From: Rhodothermales bacterium
GTDB lineage: Bacteria; Bacteroidota; Rhodothermia; Rhodothermales; JABDKH01
Direction of reading: 5' to 3'
DNA: 64,000 nucleotides
Assembly: GCA_013002345.1 (NCBI GenBank)
Contig: JABDKH010000196.1
Coordinates: 5,160-69,159 of the forward strand
Positions 1-10,332 of this stretch are shown here, one piece after another (the first letter of the stretch is position 1; each line of letters begins with the position of its first letter). Position numbers and translations under genes: made by a program. The notes under the pieces were generated by a model. The model worked only from the letters and a program-made list of their open reading frames with translations. It had not been told where the DNA came from and did not search any database.

Positions 1-1705
1 ATCGCTTGAGCAAATCCTCAAACGGCAGTGCTGTCGTCAAATGAAACGTTCTAATCTCGCCTCCAGCTGTGAACCGTTTCTCGAGGTCGGCATAGCCTCT
101 GCTCTCTCCGAAGAGAACGTGGCCGCGGAGGTGTTGAGCAAGTGTGCTCGTAGAATCAGTAACCTCATCCGATTCCGATCTGTGAGCAAGCTGTAAAATC
201 CCGCTGGTCTCAAAGATCTCTGAGAAATTCAGGCACGCTAGAGAGTTGACTTCATCATTTGGTGTGAGTGCCAGGAAGCGACCTATTCCACCTAGCTCAA
301 GGTCGTCGACAATGGTCTCGGAGAGCGCATCCGCGACGACCGCCGGGAGCTCGCGCTGTCTGGCGTCCGCGACATTCTCGGCATTTGCGTCTATCAGCAT
401 CACCTCAAAACCAAGTTCACGTACTGCCATCGCCATTCGCTGAACCCACAGGTTAGCGCCCAGAAACAGTACGCCCTGCGGATTCGGATGAGCAAGGCCA
501 AGTTTTCGTGCCAACTGCGGCACCGTGAGGCCATAGATGGCCACCGTCCCAACAATGACAAGGAAAACGGTCGGAACGATCGCCGGAGCGTGTTCGGGAT
601 AGATGGGACTCAGTCGAAAAGCGAACAGTGACGCCACGGCCGCAGCCACAATTCCACGCGGGGCCAGCCAGGACAGGAAGAGTTTTTCGCCCCATTGAAG
701 CGGCGTACCGACCGTCGACATGAGTACGGCGAACGGCCGAACAAGCAGGATCAAGATCGCCAGAAAGGCAAGGGCGGAAGGCTGCAGCATATAATCCAGC
801 GCGCTCGCATCCAGCTTCGCCGACAGCAGAATGAACAGCGTTCCAATCAAGAGGACCTGCAGGTCTTCCTTGAACTCAGAAATCCGGCGCACCCTCACCC
901 ACTTCTGATTGGCCATCATGATGCCAAGCAGAGTTGTTTCCAGGAGTCCGGACTCCTCCTGCAGGCTGTTTGAAAGTCCAAACGTCCCAACGACAATTGC
1001 CAACGCCAGCGCACTCTGCAAATAGTCGGGCACGAGCCGCCGATGAAGCATGAAGATCAGAACAGCGGCCCCGATAACGCTGATGCCCACACTCGTGGCT
1101 ATCGTCAGAAGCAGACCCTCAAGTGCGTGGAATGCGACCGTCGAAAACGCCGCTCCGTCTCCGGCCACGACCGATCTCTCCACAAGCAAGATGGTCTCCA
1201 GGACCAGCACGGCCAGAATCGCTCCTACTGGATCGACCGTTATTCCCTCCCACTTGGCAACCGCACCCACGCGGCCCGTGGGTCGGATATGCCTCAGGAG
1301 CGGAACAACCACCGTAGGTCCGGTCACAGTGACAATGGCTCCGAGGAGAATCGCGAGGCCCAGAGGAAATCCGACGACGAAGTATGCCGCAATGCCCGCC
1401 AGCACCCAGGTAATCAGCACGCCGATCGTTACCAGATTCAGGACCGATGTCCCGACTTCACGAAGTTCGGAGAGCCGGAGGCTGAGGCCACCCTCGAACA
1501 GAATGATTCCGATGGAGATCGATACGAAGGCATACAACCAGTCTCCTTGCAACGACTCCGACGGGAGCAGTCCCGTTATCGGGCCCGCGACAAATCCGAA
1601 CGCAAGCAGCAGCAGAATGGATGGCAGTTTGAAACGCCAGGCGAGCCACTGAGCGACAATCCCCAGCACGATTACGCCAACAACGCCGATGAGGATTTCT
1701 TCCAT
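1..1705 (-). CDS. Cation:proton antiporter (CPA1/NhaP-type) with C-terminal RCK/TrkA domains; 3' end runs off the window
   Basis: Absent from the ORF track because it has no stop in the window. Manual translation from ATG (complement of 1703-1705) gives MEEILIGVVGVIVLGIVAQWLAWRFKLPSILLLLAFGFVAGP..., multi-TM. I checked the frame for stops from 1561 to position 2 by triplet scan, and the first ~50 codons by direct translation; none found. The C-terminal part reads GVLFLGANLWVQRMAMAVRELGFEVMLIDANAENV (TrkA-N-like Rossmann fold). Confidence 0.85.
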   Translation of the reverse strand, partial: MEEILIGVVGVIVLGIVAQWLAWRFKLPSILLLLAFGFVAGPITGLLPSESLQGDWLYAFVSISIGIILFEGGLSLRLSELREVGTSVLNLVTIGVLITWVLAGIAAYFVVGFPLGLAILLGAIVTVTGPTVVVPLLRHIRPTGRVGAVAKWEGITVDPVGAILAVLVLETILLVERSVVAGDGAAFSTVAFHALEGLLLTIATSVGISVIGAAVLIFMLHRRLVPDYLQSALALAIVVGTFGLSNSLQEESGLLETTLLGIMMANQKWVRVRRISEFKEDLQVLLIGTLFILLSAKLDASALDYMLQPSALAFLAILILLVRPFAVLMSTVGTPLQWGEKLFLSWLAPRGIVAAAVASLFAFRLSPIYPEHAPAIVPTVFLVIVGTVAIYGLTVPQLARKLGLAHPNPQGVLFLGANLWVQRMAMAVRELGFEVMLIDANAENVADARQRELPAVVADALSETIVDDLELGGIGRFLALTPNDEVNSLACLNFSEIFETSGILQLAHRSESDEVTDSTSTLAQHLRGHVLFGESRGYADLEKRFTAGGEIRTFHLTTALPFEDLLKR

Positions 1706-1864
1706 GAGAGACTAACGGTTGACGCGACCCGGTTCCCGGCCAAACATCCACATGTGCCCCAACCTACGAATCCTCTCGAAAACCGTCACCGTCAACGGTG
1801 CTGCCGGTCGCTCGAAGAGGAACCGAGGGCGGCCGTGGAGCGGACACGAGCACGTCGGACGCGA

Positions 1865-2371
1865 TCAGAGGATCGAGCGAAACGTGTCCGGAAGTTCGCC
1901 GTCAGGCTCAGTGGGAGCCGATCGAGACTGCCCGTTAGCACCGGAGCCACAGAAGGCGTCGAACGCTTCCACCAGATCCATGCCGATGGCGGACGCGCTA
2001 CGGCCTTCAATGTGCCTGCGCTCAAGGACGAACACCGGGTCTCCGCCACGAAACAGCGCGACAAACGGTGATGACGGCGGGATTCCGGGGAGATACGAGC
2101 GCGCCTGCGCCGTTGCCTCCAGATCCTGCCCGGCGAACACTGTCACATACGTGTCTGGCTGGCTATTGCCAGATTGTCTGGCGAGCGCAACCGCCGGCCG
2201 TGCCATGGCTGCGGCGCACCCACACACTGAGTTCACGACGAGGAGTACGGTCGACGTATCATCCTGGGCATCAAAAACTGCATCAACATCTTCAGGTGTC
2301 TTCAGTTCGTTGATTCCAAGCCGGGTGAGTTCCTCGCGCATGGGGGCAACGAGAGCTTCGGGATAGGGCAT
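1865..2371 (-). CDS. Bacilliredoxin BrxA/BrxB family (DUF1094) thiol-disulfide protein with short C-terminal tail
   Basis: MPYPEALVAPMREELTRLGINELKTPEDVDAVF...VLLVVNSVCGCAA with a CGC redox motif. Start moved to the internal ATG at 2371; the ORF-track N-terminal extension has no family-like sequence. Confidence 0.75.
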   Translation of the reverse strand: MPYPEALVAPMREELTRLGINELKTPEDVDAVFDAQDDTSTVLLVVNSVCGCAAAMARPAVALARQSGNSQPDTYVTVFAGQDLEATAQARSYLPGIPPSSPFVALFRGGDPVFVLERRHIEGRSASAIGMDLVEAFDAFCGSGANGQSRSAPTEPDGELPDTFRSIL

Positions 2372-2457
2372 CTGCAAGCAATTGAGGTGAGCGAAAAACG
2401 AGCGCTCCCCGATAACGTGATAGCGGTCAGGATTGATCCTGGCGAGTCGACTACCGG

Positions 2458-2484
2458 TTAACACGCGATATGAAGCGCCGATAA
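2458..2484 (+). promoter_or_regulatory. Candidate sigma-28 (FliA-type) promoter: TTAAC-N14-GCCGATAA
   Basis: gTTAACacgcgatatgaagcGCCGATAAtgc. Exact match to the sigma-28 -10 consensus GCCGATAA, with a TTAA/TAAC -35-like element at canonical distance. Lies 59 nt upstream of the NlpC/P60 start. Same architecture as 10333-10359. Confidence 0.45.
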
Positions 2485-2542
2485 TGCAAGAATGGAGGGT
2501 TCGTGCCCGGCGGGCCCATTCATCGTTCTCCGGACTTAAGTG

Positions 2543-3157
2543 ATGATACACCACCATCTAGCGTCCCTGTCGTTTGCGGTTGTCGTACTGCTCGTTGCGG
2601 GCTGCAGCGGCGCCGGCGCATCGCGTTCTGCAGAGCCCAATGAAGACTCCGTTCCGGTACGAAGCCTTCCGGAGGATGTCAGTGACGCGAAAGCCGAGCT
2701 CGTTTCGCAGATAAATCGATGGCTGGGTACGGCGTACCGCTACGGCGGCACGGACGCCTCCGGATTCGACTGCTCTGGATTCGTACGGCGCGTCATGCGC
2801 GATGCCTTCGACGAGTCCTTGCCTCGGACCACCCGGGCCCAGATGCGCGTCGGATCCGAAGTCAAACGGACAGATCTACGGACGGCAGACCTGGTCTTCT
2901 TCCGCACCCCCGCTCGAAGTGATCACGTAGGAGTATACCTGGGAGATGGTGAGTTTGCACATGCATCGTCTAGCAGCGGAGTGATGATTTCGCACCTCAG
3001 CGAATCCTACTGGTCGAAATCCTATCGGACCGCTCGCAGGCTGTTTCACCTTGAAGATATCAGCGACTCGGACCAATCATCCGAGACACACGCGGCTCCA
3101 TCGAGCGCCGCTCGACTTGCCACCGCCCCCCCAACGTCCGGGCGCGTCGGTTGGTGA
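2543..3157 (+). CDS. NlpC/P60 (C40) family peptidoglycan endopeptidase lipoprotein
   Basis: Lipobox LLVAGC after a hydrophobic signal. Catalytic-Cys region GGTDASGFDCSGFVRRV and downstream DHVGVYLG, typical of NlpC/P60. Confidence 0.85.
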   Translation: MIHHHLASLSFAVVVLLVAGCSGAGASRSAEPNEDSVPVRSLPEDVSDAKAELVSQINRWLGTAYRYGGTDASGFDCSGFVRRVMRDAFDESLPRTTRAQMRVGSEVKRTDLRTADLVFFRTPARSDHVGVYLGDGEFAHASSSSGVMISHLSESYWSKSYRTARRLFHLEDISDSDQSSETHAAPSSAARLATAPPTSGRVGW

Positions 3158-3347
3158 GCTGAAGTACTCACAAATAGACGCCCGAATCGGATCTTTATCG
3201 CGGAGACTGTGTTCATTTGAAATCTGGAACATCCGCGCTTTGCGACCACCTGCCGCCGCCGTCGACTCACCGACTGTGGCGATTCGTTTTTTGTGCGCGG
3301 TACAGACATCCCTCAAAGGCCACGATAGCAAGCAATATTCCGCCGTT

Positions 3348-3827
3348 ATGAGTTCATCGAAACCCATCTACCTCACCGAAGATGGCCTGATTCGGCTCAA
3401 AGCAGAGCTCCATTTTCTCCGCACCAAAGAGCGGGCGCGAATCGCAGACGAGATCGCCGAAGCGCGTGCCCAGGGTGATCTGTCCGAAAACGCCGAATAT
3501 GACGCGGCCAAAGAGGCGCAAGGGCATCTGGAAGCGAAGATTGCTAAGACTGCCGATGTCATTGCGAACGCACGGATCGTGGACGAATCGAAGGTAGACG
3601 ATAGCAAGGCCTTCATCCTGTCGCGTGTGGAAGTCAAGAACAGAAGCAACGGAACGACCAACACGTTCACGCTGGTTTCCGCGCAAGAGGCGGACCTTGC
3701 GTCGGGGAAGATCTCAGTAACCAGTCCTATCGGAAAAGGGCTTCTCGGAAAAGCCGTGGGCGACGTCGTAGAGATTCAGGTTCCAGCAGGCAACGTAAGC
3801 TTCGAGATAGTCGGGATAAGTCGCTGA
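3348..3827 (+). CDS. greA: Transcription elongation factor GreA
   Basis: MSSSKPIYLTEDGLIRLKAELHFLRTKERARIADEIAEARAQGDLSENAEYDAAKEAQ, the classic GreA N-terminal coiled coil. Start set at ATG 3348; the upstream ORF-track extension is Pro/Arg-rich junk. Confidence 0.95.
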   Translation: MSSSKPIYLTEDGLIRLKAELHFLRTKERARIADEIAEARAQGDLSENAEYDAAKEAQGHLEAKIAKTADVIANARIVDESKVDDSKAFILSRVEVKNRSNGTTNTFTLVSAQEADLASGKISVTSPIGKGLLGKAVGDVVEIQVPAGNVSFEIVGISR

Positions 3828-3847
3828 CGTGAGCGGGGTTTCACGCC

Positions 3848-4543
3848 ATGACGAACCGGGGCACGATCGATCCGCCCGGCACGCGGTTGAAGCGTGGCGT
3901 CGTTCGCTTGATCGTCGTCGCGGCGGCCATACTAATCAGCTACTGCGGATTCTGCGCAACGCTGATCATCACTTACCGGTGGATCGACCCTCCAACGACC
4001 ACCGTCCAGATCCAGCGCCGCGTCGAGGCTCTCATCGGCGGTCGTGAATATTCCCGGACCTACAAGCCCCGTTCGGCGTCCGAGGTTTCGCCACACATCC
4101 TGACTTCAGCCATAGCTGCCGAGGACGGGCGCTTTCTTGAGCACCGCGGCTTCGACTGGGACTCGATCGAGACGGCCATGAGGGAAGGCAGGGGCCGGGG
4201 TGGATCAACCATTTCGCAACAACTCGCCAAGAACCTGTTTCTCACGACGCACCGGAGTTATTTTCGCAAGGGTCTTGAGTTGCCACTCACAATCTTGATC
4301 GAGCTCTTGCTCCCAAAGGACAGAATCATCGAGCTCTACGTTAATGTCGTCGAATGGGGCGATGGCGTATACGGCGCCGAAGCAGCAGCCCGGCATCACT
4401 ATGGAGTGGATTCACGTAACATATCCAGACGACAGGCCGCCGCCATGGCGTCCTGTTTACCGGATCCCCGTCGGCGGCGGCCTCAAGTTGACGGCCGCTA
4501 CACCAACATCATCCTCCGTCGGATGGACCGGATGGGCTACTGA
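3848..4543 (+). CDS. mtgA: Monofunctional biosynthetic peptidoglycan transglycosylase
   Basis: N-terminal TM, then the GT51 motifs [31 protein letters not shown] and [18 protein letters not shown]. Confidence 0.9.
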   Translation: MTNRGTIDPPGTRLKRGVVRLIVVAAAILISYCGFCATLIITYRWIDPPTTTVQIQRRVEALIGGREYSRTYKPRSASEVSPHILTSAIAAEDGRFLEHRGFDWDSIETAMREGRGRGGSTISQQLAKNLFLTTHRSYFRKGLELPLTILIELLLPKDRIIELYVNVVEWGDGVYGAEAAARHHYGVDSRNISRRQAAAMASCLPDPRRRRPQVDGRYTNIILRRMDRMGY

Positions 4544-4552
4544 CCGCCTGAT

Positions 4553-5596
4553 ATGACTCCAGCAAACTCGATGATCGACCTGCGCAGCGACACGGTTACC
4601 AGGCCATCCCCCGGCATGCGTGCCGCCATGGCCGCAGCCGAGGTTGGCGACGATGTGTTCGGAGAGGATCCGTCTGTCAACCGGCTTCAGGAGGACGTAG
4701 CCGAACTTCTTGGCAAGGAAGCCGCGCTATTTGTGCCGAGTGGGACCATGGCGAATCAACTTGCCATCAAATCTCAAACCAGTCCCGGGGACGAGGTTCT
4801 TGTTGAGCGCCAGAGTCACATCTTCAACTATGAGTCCGGCGCGCCGGCGTTGCTGTCCGGAGTTCAACTTCACGTCCTGGACGGCGACGCGGGCGTCGTG
4901 CACAGTGAGCAGATTACGGCTGCGATACGTCATGGCTATTACTGGGAGACTCCGTCTCGCCTGCTGTGCCTGGAAAACACGATCAACCGCACGGGCGGAA
5001 CCATATTTCCGATCCAAGAAATGGCCGAAGTATCGGCGACAGCGAGAGACGCCGGATTGTCGCTTCATCTCGACGGAGCGCGACTCTGGAACGCCGCTGC
5101 CGCGACCGGAATCCAGGAAGCGAGATACGCCGAACTATTCGACACGGTCACAGTGTGCCTTTCCAAAGGGCTGGGTGCACCCGTCGGTTCGTTACTCGCC
5201 GGCCCTGCTGATACCATCAAGTCGGCCCACCGGTATCGCAAGATGTTCGGGGGCGGAATGCGTCAGGCAGGAGTACTCGCGGCAGCAGGGTCATATGCCC
5301 TGGAACATCATCGGCAGAACCTTGGAGATGACCACGAGAAGATCCGCCACCTTGCAGAGGGGCTTGCACGAATTCCGAGATTTCGAGTTGACCGCGATCG
5401 AATCCAGACAAATATCCTGACCTTCCATGTGCTCGAAGGGACTTCGTTTGATGTAGTTGAGATGCTTCGTTCCAGAAACGTCCTCGTTTTACCCTGGGGT
5501 CCTGACATGATCAGGGCTACGGCACACCGCGATGTCTCGCTGGAAGGCGTGTCACGAGCCGTTGACATTATAACCGAACTCTGCGGCCGGGCGTGA
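4553..5596 (+). CDS. ltaE: Low-specificity L-threonine aldolase (PLP-dependent)
   Basis: [47 protein letters not shown] and the PLP-lysine region [12 protein letters not shown]. Confidence 0.85.
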   Translation: MTPANSMIDLRSDTVTRPSPGMRAAMAAAEVGDDVFGEDPSVNRLQEDVAELLGKEAALFVPSGTMANQLAIKSQTSPGDEVLVERQSHIFNYESGAPALLSGVQLHVLDGDAGVVHSEQITAAIRHGYYWETPSRLLCLENTINRTGGTIFPIQEMAEVSATARDAGLSLHLDGARLWNAAAATGIQEARYAELFDTVTVCLSKGLGAPVGSLLAGPADTIKSAHRYRKMFGGGMRQAGVLAAAGSYALEHHRQNLGDDHEKIRHLAEGLARIPRFRVDRDRIQTNILTFHVLEGTSFDVVEMLRSRNVLVLPWGPDMIRATAHRDVSLEGVSRAVDIITELCGRA

Positions 5597-5629
5597 GTGG
5601 ATGATGCCGGTCAGTCGTCACGTTAATGG

Positions 5630-6871
5630 ATGTGTAGGATGAGAGAGAAACGACAATTGGCCGATTTGCTGGACATCGCGACCCGCTACGGCACGCCCAC
5701 ATACGTCACCGACGCACGAACGATCGGCAGCCGAATCGAAGCATTGCGGAGGAGCCTTGGGAACTCGCTGAACAAGCTGCTTTATGCCCTCAAGGCCAAC
5801 GCCTTGCCTGAGGTGGTCGAGCTCATGGGCGATAATGGTGTCGGTGTCGATGTGGTCTCGCCCGGTGAACTCGCCTTCGCGCTCCAACTTGGCTTTGATC
5901 CGAATGACATCTTCTTCTCCGCCAACAACATGACGAACGAGGAGATGGACTACGCCGTGTCCAGGGGCGTAGTCGTCAACATTGGGGAATTCTCAAGGCT
6001 CGAGCACTTTGCCCGGCAGTATTCCGGATCCCGGGTTTCGATCCGCATCAACCCGCAGTACGGTGCCGGCCATCATCGGCATGTCATAACCGCCGGTTAC
6101 GACTCCAAATTCGGAATACCAATCTCGGATCTGGAGGCGGTAGCCGCCGTGGCTGCCAAATACGGTCTGGCCGTTGTGGGATTGCATCAGCACATAGGCA
6201 GCGGCAATCTCGACGTAGAACCGTATCGCATGTCGCTCGAAGTCCTGTATCGAGCGGCAGAGATGCTCCCGGCGCTGGAGTTCGTAAACATCGGGGGCGG
6301 ACTGGGTGTCGCCTATGGCCCCGACGATGATGAGCTGGACCTCAACACCTTCGCATCGGTCGTATCAAAAGCACACAAGACCTTTATGGACCGCACCGGC
6401 CGGAAGGTCGAGCTCTGGATGGAACCCGGGAGATATCTTGTGGCCGAGGCAGGTGCCCTGCTCGTGCAGGTCAATACGATCAAATCCAGTCACGGACATA
6501 CATACGTTGGCACCAATTCGGGTATGAATCACCTGATCCGGCCGGCGATGTACGGCGCGTATCACGAGGTAGTGAATCTGTCGAACCCGGATGGAGAGCG
6601 TCACAACTACGAAATCGTCGGCAACATCTGTGAGTCGAGCGATTTCTTCGCTCGCGATCGATCCTTGCCGGAGGCTCGCGAGGGCGACATCCTCGGGATA
6701 CTCGATGCGGGAGCGTACGGCAGTTCCATGATCTCCGAATACAATCTCAGACCTGCACCAGCCGAGGTATACATTGACGAGGATGGACGCGCGCGGCTGG
6801 TTCGCCGGCGAGAGTCGCCCGGCGAACTCGTTGATCGGTTGCTCGCTCGTCGTCTCCAGGCTCCAGGCTAA
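5630..6871 (+). CDS. lysA: Diaminopimelate decarboxylase
   Basis: Group IV decarboxylase motifs YALKANALPEVVELM, HIGSG, EPGRYLVAEAG and CESSD. Length 413 aa. Confidence 0.9.
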   Translation: MCRMREKRQLADLLDIATRYGTPTYVTDARTIGSRIEALRRSLGNSLNKLLYALKANALPEVVELMGDNGVGVDVVSPGELAFALQLGFDPNDIFFSANNMTNEEMDYAVSRGVVVNIGEFSRLEHFARQYSGSRVSIRINPQYGAGHHRHVITAGYDSKFGIPISDLEAVAAVAAKYGLAVVGLHQHIGSGNLDVEPYRMSLEVLYRAAEMLPALEFVNIGGGLGVAYGPDDDELDLNTFASVVSKAHKTFMDRTGRKVELWMEPGRYLVAEAGALLVQVNTIKSSHGHTYVGTNSGMNHLIRPAMYGAYHEVVNLSNPDGERHNYEIVGNICESSDFFARDRSLPEAREGDILGILDAGAYGSSMISEYNLRPAPAEVYIDEDGRARLVRRRESPGELVDRLLARRLQAPG

Positions 6872-7524
6872 CCTGCCACCGTGACTGTAAGCGATGGCAA
6901 TCCGATCGCCGTCGCTTCAAGGAGATCACCCGCGACCACGGGACCCACCCCTTCGGGCGTACCTGTGTAGATCAAATCCCCTTTCTCCAGGGTAAAGATC
7001 AGTGAGACGTAGTGAATCAGAAATGCGGGCGAGAATATCATATCCCTCGTATTCCCGGATTGGACAAGGCGGCCGTTGACCCGCAATTCCAGGGTAAGAT
7101 CACTTGCATCGCCGACGGCGCCTGGCGCAACTATAGACCCCAATGGTGCGAACGTGTCGAAGCCTTTCGCAACGGACCACGGGTGTCCGCTTTTCTTGGC
7201 CTTAGACTGGAGATCCCGGGCAGTCATGTCGAGGCCGAGAGCGTATCCTCCGATACATTCACTCGCTTCTTCAATGGATACGGCGCGCGAATCACGCCCG
7301 ACGACCACGACCAGCTCCACCTCGTGGTGAACGTCGTTCGTCACGGAAGGGATAACGACCTCGCCTCCGTCCGGAACCAGCGCGGTGGAAGGCTTGAGAA
7401 ACAGCATCGGCTCGGCAAGAACCTCGCTCCGCATCTCTGCAGCATGTTTAGCGTAATTCCGGCCAACGCAGACCAGTTTCCCCGGTCTGATACGTTCACC
7501 AGAGATCGGCAATTCGATATCCAT
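6868..7524 (-). CDS. Fumarylacetoacetate hydrolase (FAH) family protein
   Basis: KLVCVGRNYAKHAAEM, HHEVELVVVVG and GDLIYTGTPEGVGPV are typical of the FAH/YcgM family. Its stop overlaps the lysA stop (convergent). Confidence 0.85.
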   Translation of the reverse strand: MDIELPISGERIRPGKLVCVGRNYAKHAAEMRSEVLAEPMLFLKPSTALVPDGGEVVIPSVTNDVHHEVELVVVVGRDSRAVSIEEASECIGGYALGLDMTARDLQSKAKKSGHPWSVAKGFDTFAPLGSIVAPGAVGDASDLTLELRVNGRLVQSGNTRDMIFSPAFLIHYVSLIFTLEKGDLIYTGTPEGVGPVVAGDLLEATAIGLPSLTVTVAG

Positions 7525-7652
7525 TCACTGAAAGAGATTGATTGGGCCGGTAGTTATTCATACTTTAGGTGGCTGAATATGCGCGTTGAACTCGCGCCAT
7601 CCTCCCGCTCTCGCGTCGGTAGCCAATCCGGCGCTCCAAAGTAGAGAAACTC

Positions 7653-7967
7653 ATGTATGCGATCGTAGAAATTTCTGGAAAGCAATACCGCGTCCAGGAA
7701 AACGACCGGCTCTTCGTACCACGCCAAGACGTCGAAGTTGACAAGTCACTTACCTTTGACCGAGTGCTCTTGCTCTCTAATGGCGATGATGTCCAGGTAG
7801 GAACACCGGTCCTTAAAGGCGCTTCCGTCAAGGCAAAAGTGTTGAGTCAGGTCAAAGCTGACAAGATTTTCGTCTTTAAGAAGAAACGCCGAAAGCGTTA
7901 CCGGGTGAAAAACGGACATCGTCAACCGTACACCCAGATTGAAGTATCATCCATCAAGGCCAAGTAG
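7653..7967 (+). CDS. rplU: 50S ribosomal protein L21
   Basis: MYAIVEISGKQYRVQENDRLFVPR...KKKRRKRYRVKNGHRQPYTQIEV. Confidence 0.97.
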   Translation: MYAIVEISGKQYRVQENDRLFVPRQDVEVDKSLTFDRVLLLSNGDDVQVGTPVLKGASVKAKVLSQVKADKIFVFKKKRRKRYRVKNGHRQPYTQIEVSSIKAK

Positions 7968-8008
7968 AGACGCTTAGTCCAGCTGGGGCAATTTGCAGGT
8001 AGGGTATA

Positions 8009-8266
8009 ATGGCACATAAGAAAGGAATGGGGTCGACGAAGAATGGTCGCGACTCCAAACCCAAAATGCTCGGCATCAAGACCTTCGGCGGCGAATTCGT
8101 CAAGGCGGGCGGCATTCTTGTTCGGCAAAGGGGTACCAAATTCCATCCCGGCACGAACGTTGGACGTGGTGGCGATGACACGCTTTTTGCACTCGCCGAA
8201 GGCCACGTGAGATTCACGCGAGGCCACCGCGATCGGAAGTATGTGCACGTCGATCCCGCAGAGTAG
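8009..8266 (+). CDS. rpmA: 50S ribosomal protein L27
   Basis: [48 protein letters not shown]. Confidence 0.97.
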   Translation: MAHKKGMGSTKNGRDSKPKMLGIKTFGGEFVKAGGILVRQRGTKFHPGTNVGRGGDDTLFALAEGHVRFTRGHRDRKYVHVDPAE

Positions 8267-8301
8267 ACGCGCACATTTACATTCCGATGAGTAGCTGAAA
8301 A

Positions 8302-8340
8302 GGGTCCCCACGAGTTTGTGGAGACCCTTTCTTCGTTTTC
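8302..8340 (+). terminator. Rho-independent terminator after rpmA, between convergent genes
   Basis: GGGTCCCCAC-gagttt-GTGGAGACCC (10-bp stem, one mismatch) followed by TTTCTTCGTTTTC. Confidence 0.6.
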
Positions 8341-8348
8341 GCAGTAGG

Positions 8349-10265
8349 CTACAGGCCGCTGAATACGACGCGCGACATCTCCTCGATCGTCGTCTCGCCT
8401 GCGATGACCATTGCACGTGCACTATCCTGCAGCGTCAGCATTCCCTGCTTGATCGCAAGTCTTCCGAGGGCCGCCTCGTCGATCGCCTCCTCAGCTTCGA
8501 CAATCATCTCCCGGATCTCAGGCGTGAACGGCATCGTCTCCGTAATGGCACGACGCCCCTTGTAGCCGACCCCCCGGCACGTCTTGCACTTACCTCCTTC
8601 CGTCGCATTGTAGAACGTAATCTTGTCTAGCTCTTCGGGCCTGAATCCAAGGTGCGACAGCTTGCTCTTCTCAATAGACGTCGCCGGCGCCTTGCAGTCC
8701 TGGCAGACTGTTCGGATCAATCGCTGTGCCACAACGAGGTTGATCGCGTATGCGATCAGAAACGGTTCAATGCCCATCTTGTAGAGTCGGCTTATCGAAC
8801 TTGGGGCGTCGTTCGTATGAAGCGTCGAGAACGTCAGGTGACCCGTGTTCGCCAGCTTGATGGCCAGGTCGGCCGTATCCTTGTCGCGCATCTCTCCGAC
8901 CATGACAATGTCCGGGTCGTGTCGGAGTATTGAGCGGAGGGCTTGATCCAGTGAGAGCTTGTGGCTCAGCTTCACCTGACGCACCTCGGGGATAACATAC
9001 TCTACGGGGTCCTCCACCGTCAGCACATTGACTTTCGGTGTGACGACGTGACTCAGAGCCGCGTAGAGAGTCGTGCTCTTTCCGGAACCAGTGGGACCCG
9101 TTAGAATGACCATCCCGTACGGCTGGTGTATCGCCCACTCAAAACGCTCGAGTGCACTCTCTGCCAGACCGAGCTTTCGCAGATCCTTGATGACCTTTCG
9201 GTCGTCGAGGATCCGGATAACGATGCTCTCTGATCGAACCGTCATTTCGGCGTTCGCGATCGGCAGCACCGATACGCGAAACCGAATGAGCGCATTGTCG
9301 ATCTCTCTCTGTATGAACCCGTCCTGAGCACGCTCCCGCTCGAATCGATCTACGTTGATACTGTTGTCCTTCACGACCGCGAGGAACGCCTCCGGGTGGA
9401 CGCGGTCTTCAATGTGCCAACTGGTAAGCTCACCGTCGATCCGCAGTCGAATTTCGATTTCTTTACGGGCGTTCGGGAAGATGTGCACGTCGGAAGCACC
9501 CTGACGCACGGCTTCTTTCAACGTTGCTTCGAACAGGTTGATGAGCGCCGACCGATTGATCTCGGCCTCAAGCGCGTCCTCGTCAAAGAGTGCGCGCTCA
9601 GGATCGTCCACGGAGGCGCCCAGGTCAAACGCGAGCATGCCTTCCGCCGCCTTTCCAAAATCTCCCTTGCGGCGCCGGCGAACCTCATCAATGAATCCGT
9701 CAACCTCGACACGCTTCGCGAAACGGATCTCGATCTCCCGAAAACCAAGTTTCTGGAGCGTTCTCATCAGGTCCTGGCGGGCCGGATCGTGCGTGGCCAT
9801 TATCACGCGTCGTCCTTCTGAGCCTTCCTCGATCTTTACAGGCGCCACGCGGAGTTGCTCGAGCCCTGCCCACTGATCGGCCGTAATTCGGGCACCAAGG
9901 CCCTTCAGAAAGTCGGTAGGGTCCATTCCCTCGAGGCTGATCGTCGCAAACGAATACACGATCGCGGCCTGTTCAAATACAATTTCCGGATCGATTTCCG
10001 GGTCTTCAGCCAGTTCTCGCCAGAGTGGGTAACTCGTGCCTCCCTCCTTCTTGACCCAACGGTCCCACGCCGCCTGCACATGTTGGATGAGCACGAGTTC
10101 CTCGTACAGGAGCTTGATAACAACCCGGTCCCGCAGATCAAGTGGGTTGAATGTGGTTGAGTCCGGCGACTCGGGAACTCCGGCGGATCCGTTCCCACTC
10201 GGGCTTGAATCGGGACGGGCTAATGCATCAGCCTGCCAGCGTTGGTCCTTGGATGACTCTGCCAT
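8349..10265 (-). CDS. GspE/PilB-family secretion/type IV pilus assembly ATPase (orphan; unusual N-terminal extension)
   Basis: Walker A GPTGSGKSTT, Asp/His boxes, tetracysteine CQDC...CKTC, and a T2SSE_N-like region (RRVIMATHDPARQDLMRTLQKLGF). Start preferred at ATG 10265; the ORF track uses GTG 10319. No pilC/pilM/pilQ neighbours. Confidence 0.9.
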   Translation of the reverse strand: MAESSKDQRWQADALARPDSSPSGNGSAGVPESPDSTTFNPLDLRDRVVIKLLYEELVLIQHVQAAWDRWVKKEGGTSYPLWRELAEDPEIDPEIVFEQAAIVYSFATISLEGMDPTDFLKGLGARITADQWAGLEQLRVAPVKIEEGSEGRRVIMATHDPARQDLMRTLQKLGFREIEIRFAKRVEVDGFIDEVRRRRKGDFGKAAEGMLAFDLGASVDDPERALFDEDALEAEINRSALINLFEATLKEAVRQGASDVHIFPNARKEIEIRLRIDGELTSWHIEDRVHPEAFLAVVKDNSINVDRFERERAQDGFIQREIDNALIRFRVSVLPIANAEMTVRSESIVIRILDDRKVIKDLRKLGLAESALERFEWAIHQPYGMVILTGPTGSGKSTTLYAALSHVVTPKVNVLTVEDPVEYVIPEVRQVKLSHKLSLDQALRSILRHDPDIVMVGEMRDKDTADLAIKLANTGHLTFSTLHTNDAPSSISRLYKMGIEPFLIAYAINLVVAQRLIRTVCQDCKAPATSIEKSKLSHLGFRPEELDKITFYNATEGGKCKTCRGVGYKGRRAITETMPFTPEIREMIVEAEEAIDEAALGRLAIKQGMLTLQDSARAMVIAGETTIEEMSRVVFSGL

Positions 10266-10332
10266 AGTTGTGTCTGAGACGAACAGGAAATGGGCGGAAC
10301 TTGAGCCGGAATGGAACACCGGTCAATGTTCG

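Noticed and set aside
1043-2071. 342-aa plus-strand ORF (and 1050..1652, 200 aa)
   Set aside because: It is the codon-aligned antisense of the antiporter gene (1..1705, minus). The translation is Arg/His/Gln-rich with no motifs, while the minus-strand translation is a clear multi-TM antiporter.
3051-3347. N-terminal 99-aa extension of the greA ORF
   Set aside because: Pro/Arg-rich and overlaps the NlpC/P60 gene end. GreA homology starts exactly at ATG 3348.
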